Shown here: positions 55,273 through 64,000 of the stretch, piece after piece
Layout of the letters: each line of letters begins with the position of its first letter
Position numbering within the stretch: position 1 is the stretch's first letter
Source: Pseudomonadota bacterium
Lineage (GTDB): Bacteria; Pseudomonadota; Alphaproteobacteria; Sphingomonadales; CAKZYD01
DNA length: 64,000 nucleotides
Direction: 5' to 3'
NCBI GenBank assembly: GCA_039814715.1
Contig: JBCCAR010000003.1
Coordinates: 23,250 to 87,249, forward strand
Made by a program: the position numbers and the translations under genes
The notes under the pieces: model-generated
Told to the model about the DNA's origin: nothing
The model's input: the letters and a program-made list of their open reading frames with translations, nothing else
Databases searched by the model: none

Positions 55273-55324
55273 ATTTCTGTGCTGCTTGATCCGCGAAACC
55301 CGCTATTGATTGGGAGATAAAGCA

Positions 55325-55840
55325 ATGGCAACAGCACGTAAAACTGCAGCACAAAAGAGTGCTGAGAGCGTTGTAACCGCTCAAAAAGAACAACTGGAAA
55401 ATGCGATGAAAGCATCCAGCGAAGCTGCAAGCAAAAACATCGAAAAGTCATTCGAAATGACGAAGAAATCCATGGATGAGGCCGTCAAAGGCTTTGACGA
55501 AGTTGCGTCCTTCTCCAAAGAAAATGTCGATGCGGTGATGGCGTCGAGCAATGCTGCAGCGAAAGGCGTAGAAGCAATCAACGCTGAAATCATGGCGTTT
55601 TCCAAAAACTCCATGGAAGAAGGTGTGGCCGCGATGAAGGCTTTGTCTTCTGCGAAAAACCTGCGCGAGTATTTCGACATTCAAAATGCAATGATGAAAT
55701 CTTCTTATGATCGCTATGTATCTGAAGGCAGTAAGTTTTCAGAAATGGGCCTGAAGATCATGAGCGAAGTTGCTGAGCCAGTGAATGCGCGCATGGCCGT
55801 CGTGATGGAGAAAATGACCAAGCCGGGTGCCCGCGCTTAA
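55325..55840 (+). CDS. phaP: Phasin (PHA granule-associated protein)
   Basis: 171 aa, Ala/Lys/Glu-rich and helical, with a typical phasin_2-like sequence (FSKENVDAVMASSNAAAKGVEA...). The ATG 55325 follows GGGAGA. Confidence 0.75.
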   Translation: MATARKTAAQKSAESVVTAQKEQLENAMKASSEAASKNIEKSFEMTKKSMDEAVKGFDEVASFSKENVDAVMASSNAAAKGVEAINAEIMAFSKNSMEEGVAAMKALSSAKNLREYFDIQNAMMKSSYDRYVSEGSKFSEMGLKIMSEVAEPVNARMAVVMEKMTKPGARA

Positions 55841-55857
55841 GTCGTTATTCTACGTCT

Positions 55858-55897
55858 AAAAAAAGGGCCGTCCTGATGCTTCAGGGCGGCTTTTTTT
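55858..55897. terminator. Intrinsic terminator after the phasin gene (A-tract/T-tract flanked)
   Basis: AAAAAAA-GGGCCGTCCTGA-TGCT-TCAGGGCGGC-TTTTTTT. Confidence 0.8.
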
Positions 55898-55963
55898 GTG
55901 CGCGAATACGCCTGAGGCATTCTCTCCTCTAGAACAAGTGGCTATGTTTCATATATAGAGAAG

Positions 55964-56404
55964 ATGTCGGGTGAACAGCCCGCGTCTCCAACCTTGGCTA
56001 ATTGTAGATTTTCACGTTTTTCCATGCGCCCATTCAACCACTCACCCAACGCCGCTAAGTGGCACCCCATCCTTGCCGATGATGATAGCGGCGACGAAAA
56101 TGATGGTGATTTGGGTGATGGCGTCATCACTCAGACCGAGATTAAGACCAAAAAGCCCCACCTCTATAAGGTTCTCATGTTGAATGATGACTATACGCCG
56201 ATGGAGTTTGTGGTCCACGTGCTGCAGCGTTATTTCCGCATGACGATGGAAGAAGCAACGCAAGTTATGCTGCATGTTCATCAAAAGGGCGTCGGCGTAT
56301 GCGGTGTCTTCCCTTATGACGTGGCGGAAACGAAGGTGAATCAAGTCATGGACCTGGCGAAAGAACACCAGCATCCGCTGCAATGCACTTTGGAAAAAGA
56401 ATAG
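55964..56404 (+). CDS. clpS: ATP-dependent Clp protease adaptor ClpS (start uncertain)
   Basis: Core [62 protein letters not shown]. There is a long acidic N-terminal extension. Met21 (56024) is an alternative start. Confidence 0.85.
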   Translation: MSGEQPASPTLANCRFSRFSMRPFNHSPNAAKWHPILADDDSGDENDGDLGDGVITQTEIKTKKPHLYKVLMLNDDYTPMEFVVHVLQRYFRMTMEEATQVMLHVHQKGVGVCGVFPYDVAETKVNQVMDLAKEHQHPLQCTLEKE

Positions 56405-56595
56405 AGCCTTAAGAAGCGGCACTTAAACGCCCCAGACAGCGATACTTATGCTGCAGGCGCGAATTCGCTCTGGACCTTTGGTCTCACTTACGCCACCATT
56501 TGATTGTGCAATTGCTTTAGGTGCCGCACCTGGTTGCCTCGGTATCATTCATACCCATGTTAAGGTGGTTGCCGAAGACATAGAAAGGGCCTCTC

Positions 56596-58926
56596 TTGCC
56601 GTCATTTTCCACACATCTGGAGGAAACACTACACCGCGCGATTGCAGAAGCCAGCGGCCGTCACCATGAATTTGTGACGCTGGAACATCTGCTGCTTGCG
56701 CTTTTAGAAGATCGAGACGCTCTCGCGGTCATGCGCGCGTGCGCTGTTGATGTGGAGGACCTTCGCGCCTCAGTAACCGCATATATTGATGGCGAACTTG
56801 ACAGCATTACCGATCCGGCAAGTGTTGAAGCTGCGCCCACCACTGGGTTTCAGCGCGTTGTACAGCGCGCGATCATTCATGTTCAAAGCTCTGGCCGCCA
56901 AGAAGTCACGGGCGCTAACATTCTCGTGGCGTTGTTTTCTGAACGCGAAAGCCATGCGGTTTATTTCCTCCAGCAGCAGGACATGTCGCGCTATGACGCT
57001 GTGAGCTACATCAGCCACGGCATCGCAAAGACCAATGATATGTCTGAAGACCGGCCCGTGCGCGGAACGGAAGACGACAGCGACGAAGGCAATGGCCCGC
57101 AAAAGCGCAAGCGGTCTAAGAAGCAAGAAAGCGCATTAGAAGCCTATTGCGTCAACTTAAATGAAAAAGCGCTCGCCGGCAAAATTGATCCGCTGATCGG
57201 CCGCGGCCCTGAAGTCGAACGTACGATCCAAATCTTGTGCCGTCGATCGAAGAACAACCCGCTGTATGTTGGTGATCCCGGCGTGGGCAAAACCGCCATC
57301 GCCGAAGGGCTTGCGAGAAAGATCGTTGAGGAGGATGTGCCCGAAGTCCTTCTGGATAGCACCATCTTTTCCCTGGATATGGGATCGTTGCTCGCTGGCA
57401 CCCGCTATCGCGGCGATTTTGAGGAACGTCTGAAGGCAGTTGTCAAGGAACTTGAGGAGACTAAGGGCGCAGTCTTGTTTATCGATGAAATTCATACAGT
57501 CATTGGCGCAGGCGCGACCTCTGGCGGCGCGATGGATGCATCAAATCTACTGAAACCGGCCTTATCATCGGGTTCTATTCGCTGCATTGGATCAACGACC
57601 TATAAAGAATTCCGCGCCCACTTTGAAAAGGACCGTGCTCTCTTGCGGCGCTTCCAGAAGATCGATGTCAATGAGCCATCCGTCTCTGATGCTGTGAAAA
57701 TCATGCAGGGTCTCAAGCCATATTTTGAAGAGCATCACCAGGTGCGCTACACCAATGATGCAATCAAAGCGGCAGTGGATTTGGCATCGCGCTACATTAC
57801 CGATAGGAAGCTGCCAGACAAAGCCATCGACGTGATTGATGAAGTGGGCGCTGCGCAGATGCTGTTGCCGCCGTCCAAACGGCGCAAGACAGTCTCTGTA
57901 AAAGATATCGAAAACATCATTTCAGTCATCGCGCGCATCCCGCCCAAATCGGTATCGAAAGACGATAAGGCGGCCATGGAGTCGCTTGACAAAGACCTGA
58001 AACGGGTTGTGTTTGGTCAAGACCAAGCAATTACGGCGCTGACTGCGGCTATTAGACTGAGCCGGGCAGGGTTGCGCGAGCCGAATAAACCGATTGGCTC
58101 TTACTTATTCTCCGGCCCGACAGGGGTTGGTAAAACGGAAGTGGCGCGCCAGCTGTCTTCTATCATGGGCGTGCCGCTACACCGCTTTGACATGTCAGAA
58201 TATATGGAGCGTCATTCCATCTCGCGCCTGATTGGTGCGCCGCCTGGATATGTTGGGTTCGATCAAGGCGGACTACTTACAGATTCTGTCGATCAAACGC
58301 CGCACTGCGTTTTGTTGCTGGATGAAATTGAGAAAGCGCATCCTGATCTCTTTAACGTCCTGTTGCAGGTCATGGATAATGGCCAGCTCACAGATCATAA
58401 CGGAAAGAAGATAGACTTCCGCAATGTGATCCTCATCATGACGACCAATGCAGGCGCCGCTGAAATGGCGAAAGGTGCCATTGGGTTTGGCCGCGATTCC
58501 CGCGAAGGCGAAGATGAAGAAGCTATTAAGACGATGTTCTCGCCCGAATTCCGCAACCGCTTGGACGCAATCATTCCCTTTAGCTATTTGCCTTCTGAGG
58601 TGGTAGCCCGTGTTGTTGACAAGTTCATTCTTGAACTTGAACTCCAGCTGTCTGACCGCAACGTTCACATCAAGCTCACCGATGAAGCCCGCACCATGCT
58701 GGCCGAGCAAGGCTATGACAAACTGTTTGGTGCGCGCCCGTTGGGCCGATTGATCCAAGAAAAAGTCAAGAAGCCGCTGGCCGATGAGATCTTGTTTGGC
58801 AAGCTGGTCAACGGCGGCGAAGTGACGGTCCGTGTCAAAGATGGCGAGCTGCAGTTTGAGATAGTCCCAGCAGCGCCGCGCGCAAAGGCGAAGAAGAAGT
58901 CTACTAAAAAGGCGGAAAAAGCTTAA
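56596..58926 (+). CDS. clpA: ATP-dependent Clp protease ATP-binding subunit ClpA
   Basis: N-terminal MPSFSTHLEETLHRAIAEA (TTG start after GAAAGGG). Two AAA+ modules with Walker A motifs GDPGVGKT and GPTGVGKT. Confidence 0.92.
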   Translation: MPSFSTHLEETLHRAIAEASGRHHEFVTLEHLLLALLEDRDALAVMRACAVDVEDLRASVTAYIDGELDSITDPASVEAAPTTGFQRVVQRAIIHVQSSGRQEVTGANILVALFSERESHAVYFLQQQDMSRYDAVSYISHGIAKTNDMSEDRPVRGTEDDSDEGNGPQKRKRSKKQESALEAYCVNLNEKALAGKIDPLIGRGPEVERTIQILCRRSKNNPLYVGDPGVGKTAIAEGLARKIVEEDVPEVLLDSTIFSLDMGSLLAGTRYRGDFEERLKAVVKELEETKGAVLFIDEIHTVIGAGATSGGAMDASNLLKPALSSGSIRCIGSTTYKEFRAHFEKDRALLRRFQKIDVNEPSVSDAVKIMQGLKPYFEEHHQVRYTNDAIKAAVDLASRYITDRKLPDKAIDVIDEVGAAQMLLPPSKRRKTVSVKDIENIISVIARIPPKSVSKDDKAAMESLDKDLKRVVFGQDQAITALTAAIRLSRAGLREPNKPIGSYLFSGPTGVGKTEVARQLSSIMGVPLHRFDMSEYMERHSISRLIGAPPGYVGFDQGGLLTDSVDQTPHCVLLLDEIEKAHPDLFNVLLQVMDNGQLTDHNGKKIDFRNVILIMTTNAGAAEMAKGAIGFGRDSREGEDEEAIKTMFSPEFRNRLDAIIPFSYLPSEVVARVVDKFILELELQLSDRNVHIKLTDEARTMLAEQGYDKLFGARPLGRLIQEKVKKPLADEILFGKLVNGGEVTVRVKDGELQFEIVPAAPRAKAKKKSTKKAEKA

Positions 58927-58936
58927 GGACTAAGGC

Positions 58937-59368
58937 ATGACAGCCTATGCTGAGGCTCTGGCAGTGCAAAAGCCGCTCGTGCTTGTTGCGGCCGTTGCGT
59001 TGTTTGATCGCGACGAGCGGGTTCTTCTAGCGCAGCGGCCTGAGGGTAAATCACTTGCAGGCTATTGGGAGTTTCCTGGCGGCAAAATTGAGCCGGGTGA
59101 AACGCCTGAGGCAGCCTTGACCCGTGAGCTGAAGGAAGAGCTGGATATAGAAGCATGTCTAGAGTGCTATCAGCCATTCAGCTTTGCCTCTCATTCTTAT
59201 CCCGATTTTCATTTGTTGATGCCGCTTTTTCTCTGCCGCCGCTGGGAAGGTGTGGCCAAACCGCAAGAAGGCCAAGTGCTTAAATGGGTCAAAATAAAAG
59301 ACTTGCGGTCTTATAAACTGCCGCCTGCTGATTTGCCGCTTGTGGCGATGCTGGAAGACTATGCGTAA
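58937..59368 (+). CDS. mutT: NUDIX hydrolase, MutT-like 8-oxo-dGTP diphosphatase
   Basis: Nudix box GGKIEPGETPEAALTRELKEELDI. Confidence 0.8.
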   Translation: MTAYAEALAVQKPLVLVAAVALFDRDERVLLAQRPEGKSLAGYWEFPGGKIEPGETPEAALTRELKEELDIEACLECYQPFSFASHSYPDFHLLMPLFLCRRWEGVAKPQEGQVLKWVKIKDLRSYKLPPADLPLVAMLEDYA

Positions 59369-61352
59369 GGCTGTTGCTGCGCTGTTTTGTTGCATCGCGC
59401 TTGCCGCGTGCGGCCAAGATGAGGGCGCAGACATTCCCGGCCCAACACCGCGAGAAGTGCTTTTTGGGGTTTCTATGCCCAAGCATTTGCGGCTTAGCCC
59501 AGACGGGGACTGGGTCTCTTTTTCTCAAGCTATTGGCGGGGTGCGCAATATCTGGCTAAAGCCAGCGACGCGCGATGAGCCCGCTGTACCCTTAACGACT
59601 TTTGAGCATCCAGGCGTAGGCCCGCATGTCTGGCATCCCTCTGGCAATTATATTGCGTTTCTGCGCCAGACACCTGGGTCTGATGATGTCCGGCCATATG
59701 TCTATGATTTGAAGCAGAAAAAGATACGAGGCCTATTTGGTGCGGTGGGCCAACAGGCGAGCTTTTTGAGTTTTGCTGCGGGTAGTGAGGACGCTGTTTA
59801 TATTCAGTCCAACACGCGCGCACCGCGTCAGCGCGACATCTATAAAGTCGATCTCCTAAGCGGCGCATCCTTGCTAGTGTATCAAGATACATTTGGAGCC
59901 AGCGGGTACGTCGCTGGCCCAGACCTTAATCCGTTGATCGCGCAAGTCCCGCGCGGCGATGGCGGGTTTGAATGGCGCATCCGCACGGCTCAGGGCGCTT
60001 GGCGTCTGTGGGGCAGCGTTGGCGCGGAAGATGCTTTGACGACTCGGCTGGAAGGCGTGTCTCAAGACGGGCAAGATGTGTTTATGGCCAGCTCCATTGG
60101 CCGTGATACGACTGCCTTTTTAAGAGCTGCTGTAGCCAAGCGCTTTGAAGATTCTAATTTAGAGGTCTTGGCTGCGCAGGACGGCTACGATTTCGCTGAC
60201 GCAAGTTACAGCCCGATCACAGGGCAGCCATTTGTCGCGATGTTTGCAACGCCGCGGCCCAGTTTGTTGCCGCTAGACAAGCGGTTAATCCCGCTTGTTT
60301 TCGGTATGCGGGCAAGCGACAGCGGCGCTCTGGTTGTTGCAGACGCTGATGTGCAGGCCAGGCGCTGGCTTATTGGACACGTCACAGGGTCTGAGCCCAC
60401 GAAATGGGGCGTTTTTAACAGCGAAACGACGCGTAAGACACCGCTCTTTCCTGAGCAGAGTGCCTTTATGGAACAACAAGCCGCAATTCTTCCCGAAGTT
60501 GTTCGTATTCCCGTCGGCGAGGCAGACAGTTTAGATGCCTTTTTGAGTTTGCCCCTAGGCACGCAGCGGGCCCCCAATGGAGCGCTTCTCGCGCCCGTTC
60601 CAGTCGCGCTTATACTGCGCGGCGCGCTCGCCAGCCGGGATGAATGGGGCTATAGCCGGGTCCATCAATGGCTTGCCTCGCGCGGGGTCGGCGTTTTGTC
60701 GATCAACCATCGCGGGTCCGCCGGGCAGGGGAAAGACCATCTCTACCCCCGTCAAGGCTTGAGCGAGGCCATCGTTGAGGATGTTTCGACCGCGGCGGCG
60801 TGGCTTAAACAGCAAAATATCATGGGCGAGAAATTCGCAATCCTGGCGGGAGGCGCGAGCACGCAGGCCGCTATAACGCTAGCGAACGAGCCGGCGGCGT
60901 CTTGTCTTGCCTTAACGTTCCCCGTCTTCTCCATGAGCCGCGCGCTGGGAACCTTGGCGCCGCAGCAGTCTGGCCTGGCAAAGCTGTTAAAAGCTTCCTT
61001 TTCGGCAGAGTTAGATGGCGCCGCCTATCCCAGCGCGCCTACCTTTTTAGTGGCTGCCGGGGAATACCGGCGAGAAAAGATCGAAGACGTGTTTTCCTGG
61101 AGTGCCAAAGCCAAACAGGCTGGTACACCGCTGACCTTGGTTGCCTTGCCAAGGGCGGAAACCCGCTTTGACAGCGGCGCGGATGGCCGCGCAGTAATGG
61201 CGGCGATGGAGATGTTTTTGTCTGACTGCTTGGGGTTTGCGCCAGAACCTCTGGATTATAGCGACTTTAAGAATGCTCAGATCAGCGTGCTAGAAGGCTC
61301 AGCGGACTTCGTGCAGCAGATTAAAACGGTGCAAAGCCCACCAGCGGATTAA
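59361..61352 (+). CDS. Lipoprotein with N-terminal beta-propeller-like region and C-terminal S9-like alpha/beta hydrolase domain
   Basis: Lipobox CCIALAACGQ (start ATG 59361, overlapping the mutT stop). The C-terminal INHRGSAGQGKD... and ILAGGASTQAA resemble the prolyl-oligopeptidase family, but with a non-canonical elbow. Confidence 0.55.
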   Translation: MRKAVAALFCCIALAACGQDEGADIPGPTPREVLFGVSMPKHLRLSPDGDWVSFSQAIGGVRNIWLKPATRDEPAVPLTTFEHPGVGPHVWHPSGNYIAFLRQTPGSDDVRPYVYDLKQKKIRGLFGAVGQQASFLSFAAGSEDAVYIQSNTRAPRQRDIYKVDLLSGASLLVYQDTFGASGYVAGPDLNPLIAQVPRGDGGFEWRIRTAQGAWRLWGSVGAEDALTTRLEGVSQDGQDVFMASSIGRDTTAFLRAAVAKRFEDSNLEVLAAQDGYDFADASYSPITGQPFVAMFATPRPSLLPLDKRLIPLVFGMRASDSGALVVADADVQARRWLIGHVTGSEPTKWGVFNSETTRKTPLFPEQSAFMEQQAAILPEVVRIPVGEADSLDAFLSLPLGTQRAPNGALLAPVPVALILRGALASRDEWGYSRVHQWLASRGVGVLSINHRGSAGQGKDHLYPRQGLSEAIVEDVSTAAAWLKQQNIMGEKFAILAGGASTQAAITLANEPAASCLALTFPVFSMSRALGTLAPQQSGLAKLLKASFSAELDGAAYPSAPTFLVAAGEYRREKIEDVFSWSAKAKQAGTPLTLVALPRAETRFDSGADGRAVMAAMEMFLSDCLGFAPEPLDYSDFKNAQISVLEGSADFVQQIKTVQSPPAD

Positions 61353-61494
61353 AAAAACCTGAAGTTCAAGAGTGACAATAAATCTCTTGGGACGAGCGAA
61401 ATGAGAGACCTTCATATTTTTATGGGTGTCCAAAGCAAGGATGCTTGGATAAAGATGCAGCCAATGTTGGCTTCCTGGATGAGAGTTTCAAACC

Positions 61495-62994
61495 ATGACT
61501 TATCAATACGGGCATTTTGTCTCCGGCAGGTCTGTGAGCGGTACATCTGACAGATTTGGTGATGTGTATAATCCGTCGACAGGGGAGGTTGAAAAGCAGG
61601 TTGCTTTGGCGACCTCTGAGGAGATAGATGCCGCTGTTGCCGCTGCAAAAGCCGCGTTTCCTGGCTGGGCAGCGACCAACCCGCAGCGCCGCGCGCGGGT
61701 GATGTTTAAGTTCAAGCAGCTCATTGAAGACAACATGGAAGAATTGGCCACGCTGTTGTCGAAAGAACATGGCAAGGTCATTGCCGATTCCAAAGGCGAT
61801 ATTCAGCGCGGCCTAGAAGTCATCGAGGTCGCCTGCGGTATTCCGGCTATGCTCAAAGGGGAATTCACCGACGGAGCAGGGCCGGGCATTGATGTGTATT
61901 CCATGCGCCAACCGCTGGGCGTGTGCGCTGGCATTACGCCGTTTAATTTCCCCGGCATGATCCCCATGTGGATGTTCGGTATGGCGATTGCGGCAGGCAA
62001 CACCTTCGTTCTCAAGCCGTCAGAAAAAGACCCAGGCGTGCCCATGATGCTGGCGGATTTGTTCATGCAAGCAGGCGCCCCGGACGGCGTTTTGAATGTC
62101 GTCAATGGCGATAAGCTGGCGGTTGACGCGCTGCTTGACCATCCAGACGTGCACGCTGTTAGCTTTGTTGGCTCGTCCGACATTGGCCATTATGTGTATT
62201 CGCGCGGTACAGCCAATGGCAAGCGCGTGCAGGCCATGGGCGGGGCGAAGAACCATGGCATTGTGTTGCCCGATGCAGACCTTGATCAGGTCGTACAAGA
62301 CCTATTAGGGTCAGCCTATGGCTCCGCTGGCGAGCGCTGCATGGCGCTGCCGGTGGCCGTGCCTGTGGGCGAAGACACTGCGGACCGGCTTGTGGCAAAG
62401 CTGCTGCCGGAAATCGAAAAGCTGAAAGTGGGTATTTCGACAGATGCCGACGCACATTATGGCCCGCTGGTGAGCGCCGCGCACCGCCAAAAAGTGAAAG
62501 ACTATGTGCAGATGGGCGTGGATGAAGGCGCTGACCTGCTTGTGGATGGCCGTGAGTTCTCGCTGCAAGGGTATGAAGATGGCTTTTTCATGGGGCCATG
62601 CTTATTCGACAACGTGACGCCAGAGATGACGACTTATAAAGAAGAAATCTTCGGCCCCGTCCTGCAAATTGTCCGCGCGAAAACCTTTGAAGAAGCCGCC
62701 GAGCTGCCGACCAAGCACCAATATGGCAACGGCGTAGCGATCTTCACCCGAAACGGCGGGTTCGCGCGCGAATTTGCACAGAAGGTCCAAGTTGGCATGG
62801 TCGGCATTAACGTGCCCATTCCCGTGCCGGTGAGCTACCACAGCTTTGGCGGCTGGAAGCGCTCTGCCTTTGGCGATACCAACCAATACGGATCAGAGGG
62901 CCTACGCTTCTACACCAAAGTCAAAACCGTCACCCAGCGCTGGCCAACCGGACAAACTGAAGACTCAGCCTTCATCATCCCGACAATGAAATAA
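61495..62994 (+). CDS. mmsA: Methylmalonate-semialdehyde dehydrogenase (CoA-acylating)
   Basis: 499 aa. ALDH motifs and the catalytic context GSAGERCMALPVAV typical of MmsA. Confidence 0.85.
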   Translation: MTYQYGHFVSGRSVSGTSDRFGDVYNPSTGEVEKQVALATSEEIDAAVAAAKAAFPGWAATNPQRRARVMFKFKQLIEDNMEELATLLSKEHGKVIADSKGDIQRGLEVIEVACGIPAMLKGEFTDGAGPGIDVYSMRQPLGVCAGITPFNFPGMIPMWMFGMAIAAGNTFVLKPSEKDPGVPMMLADLFMQAGAPDGVLNVVNGDKLAVDALLDHPDVHAVSFVGSSDIGHYVYSRGTANGKRVQAMGGAKNHGIVLPDADLDQVVQDLLGSAYGSAGERCMALPVAVPVGEDTADRLVAKLLPEIEKLKVGISTDADAHYGPLVSAAHRQKVKDYVQMGVDEGADLLVDGREFSLQGYEDGFFMGPCLFDNVTPEMTTYKEEIFGPVLQIVRAKTFEEAAELPTKHQYGNGVAIFTRNGGFAREFAQKVQVGMVGINVPIPVPVSYHSFGGWKRSAFGDTNQYGSEGLRFYTKVKTVTQRWPTGQTEDSAFIIPTMK

Positions 62995-63255
62995 GGGCGT
63001 TAACATCCACGTAGGATTTTGCTGACGGCGTCCCAAAGCGTTGTTGGAGAGTTGTATCATTGCGGAAGAAGTTTGTTGCCCTGCAGAACGATGAGCACGG
63101 CACCTCCCGCATTTAATATTGTTTCACGCCGTTTTTTTCTGGCAGTGGTTGGCGCTTGAGGCGCCTTGGGCGATTGTGTACGCCCTATCTACAGCGACTA
63201 TAGCAAAGCCATGCAAGACGCACGTCAAAATGGTAAAAGCACTTAATCCAATCAT

Positions 63256-63290
63256 AAAAAAAGCCGCTCGGTTCTAAAACCAAGCGGCGT
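63256..63290 (-). terminator. Intrinsic terminator of ctrA
   Basis: The minus strand reads GCCGCTTGGTT-TTAG-AACCGAGCGGC followed by TTTTTTT, about 27 nt after the ctrA stop. Confidence 0.75.
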
Positions 63291-63316
63291 TTGTTTTGCG
63301 TTCGGCGTGCTTTGGG

Positions 63317-64000
63317 CTAAGCGACTGCCTTGGCCACATTGGGCATATCTTCTGGATCGCGCAGCACATAGCCGCGGCCCCAGACTGTTTCGATATATTC
63401 TTCGCCTTCAGTTGCAGCTTTGAGTTTCTTACGAAGCTTGCAAATAAAGACATCGATGATTTTGAGTTCAGGTTCGTCCATGCCGCCATAGAGATGGTTG
63501 AGGAACATTTCTTTTGTCAAGGTCGTGCCTTTACGCAGGGAAAGCAGCTCGAGCATCGCGTACTCTTTGCCCGTGAGGTGGACGCGCTGACTATCGACTT
63601 CGACGGTTTTCGCATCCAGGTTTACGGCTAGCTTGCCAGTGCGGATGATCGACTGTGCATGGCCCTTTGAGCGGCGTACGATCGCATGAATGCGCGCCAC
63701 CATTTCTTCTTTATGGAACGGCTTGGTCATATAATCGTCTGCGCCAAAGCCAAGGCCGCGGACTTTATTGTCAAGCTCGGTATCGCCAGACAAGATCAAG
63801 ATCGGTGTGCCAATTTTAGCTAGGCGTAGCTTTTTCAAAACATCATAGCCGTGCATATCCGGTAGATTCAAATCCAGCAGGATGATGTCGTAGTCGTATA
63901 ATTTACCTAGATCGAGGCCTTCTTCCCCGAGATCGGTCGCATAGCAATTAAAGCCTTCTGACCCCAGCATCAGCTCGATGCTCTTGGAAGTTGACATATC
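63317..64000 (-). CDS. ctrA: Cell-cycle master response regulator CtrA, 3' portion (N-terminal residues lie beyond the window end)
   Basis: Near-collinear with Caulobacter CtrA: [42 protein letters not shown] ... [23 protein letters not shown] ... [14 protein letters not shown]. Confidence 0.93.
   Translation of the reverse strand, partial: DMSTSKSIELMLGSEGFNCYATDLGEEGLDLGKLYDYDIILLDLNLPDMHGYDVLKKLRLAKIGTPILILSGDTELDNKVRGLGFGADDYMTKPFHKEEMVARIHAIVRRSKGHAQSIIRTGKLAVNLDAKTVEVDSQRVHLTGKEYAMLELLSLRKGTTLTKEMFLNHLYGGMDEPELKIIDVFICKLRKKLKAATEGEEYIETVWGRGYVLRDPEDMPNVAKAVA

Overview
This 64-kb window is a chromosomal segment of a moderately GC-rich alphaproteobacterium. The ctrA and mipZ genes, clpS-clpA, a two-domain cold-shock protein and a stand-alone NDUFS4-like protein suggest a Caulobacterales/Hyphomonadaceae-type organism; that placement is inference. 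I can support about 70 protein genes, 2 tRNAs (Pro-UGG, Arg-UCU), several intrinsic terminators and a few operator-like palindromes. I saw no rRNA, CRISPR array, transposase, integrase, phage gene or recognisable defence system. Content from left to right: recG 3' end; a sphingolipid (ceramide) locus (GNAT-type ceramide-synthase candidate, His-box hydroxylase, lptG, lptF, DUF2141, an unknown ORF, then an spt-acp-acyl-ACP synthetase operon); recX; an orphan molybdo-enzyme maturation cluster (coxG, split xdhC, MoCF-binding, mocA-like); nhaB; csp; tRNA-Pro; a large cadherin-like/FG-GAP lipoprotein; tRNA-Arg; patatin; metC-sseA; queF; a GntR-controlled prpD-like/SDR operon; a long TRAP-transporter-linked catabolic island (Crp-family regulator, tandem alpha/beta hydrolase, dctPQM, two VOC paralogues, amidase, aldehyde dehydrogenase, DUF1330); mgtE-REC-DUF1489; mipZ; a VWA/J-domain pair; galU-ugd-PMM; phasin; clpS-clpA; mutT; an S9-like peptidase; mmsA; and the 3' two-thirds of ctrA. 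The most noteworthy candidates are these. (1) The sphingolipid genes are interleaved with lptFG and two unknown secreted or uncharacterised ORFs, and no CerR-type reductase is in view. (2) An ORF-free locus after tRNA-Pro has a perfect CtrA box, two hairpins sharing the loop heptamer CGCTGAC and a strong terminator, which makes it a candidate cell-cycle-linked sRNA. (3) The TRAP-linked island has an unassigned substrate. (4) Two translationally coupled modules have unknown function: mgtE-REC-DUF1489 and VWA-J-domain. All functional calls come from reading motifs by eye; no database search was possible.
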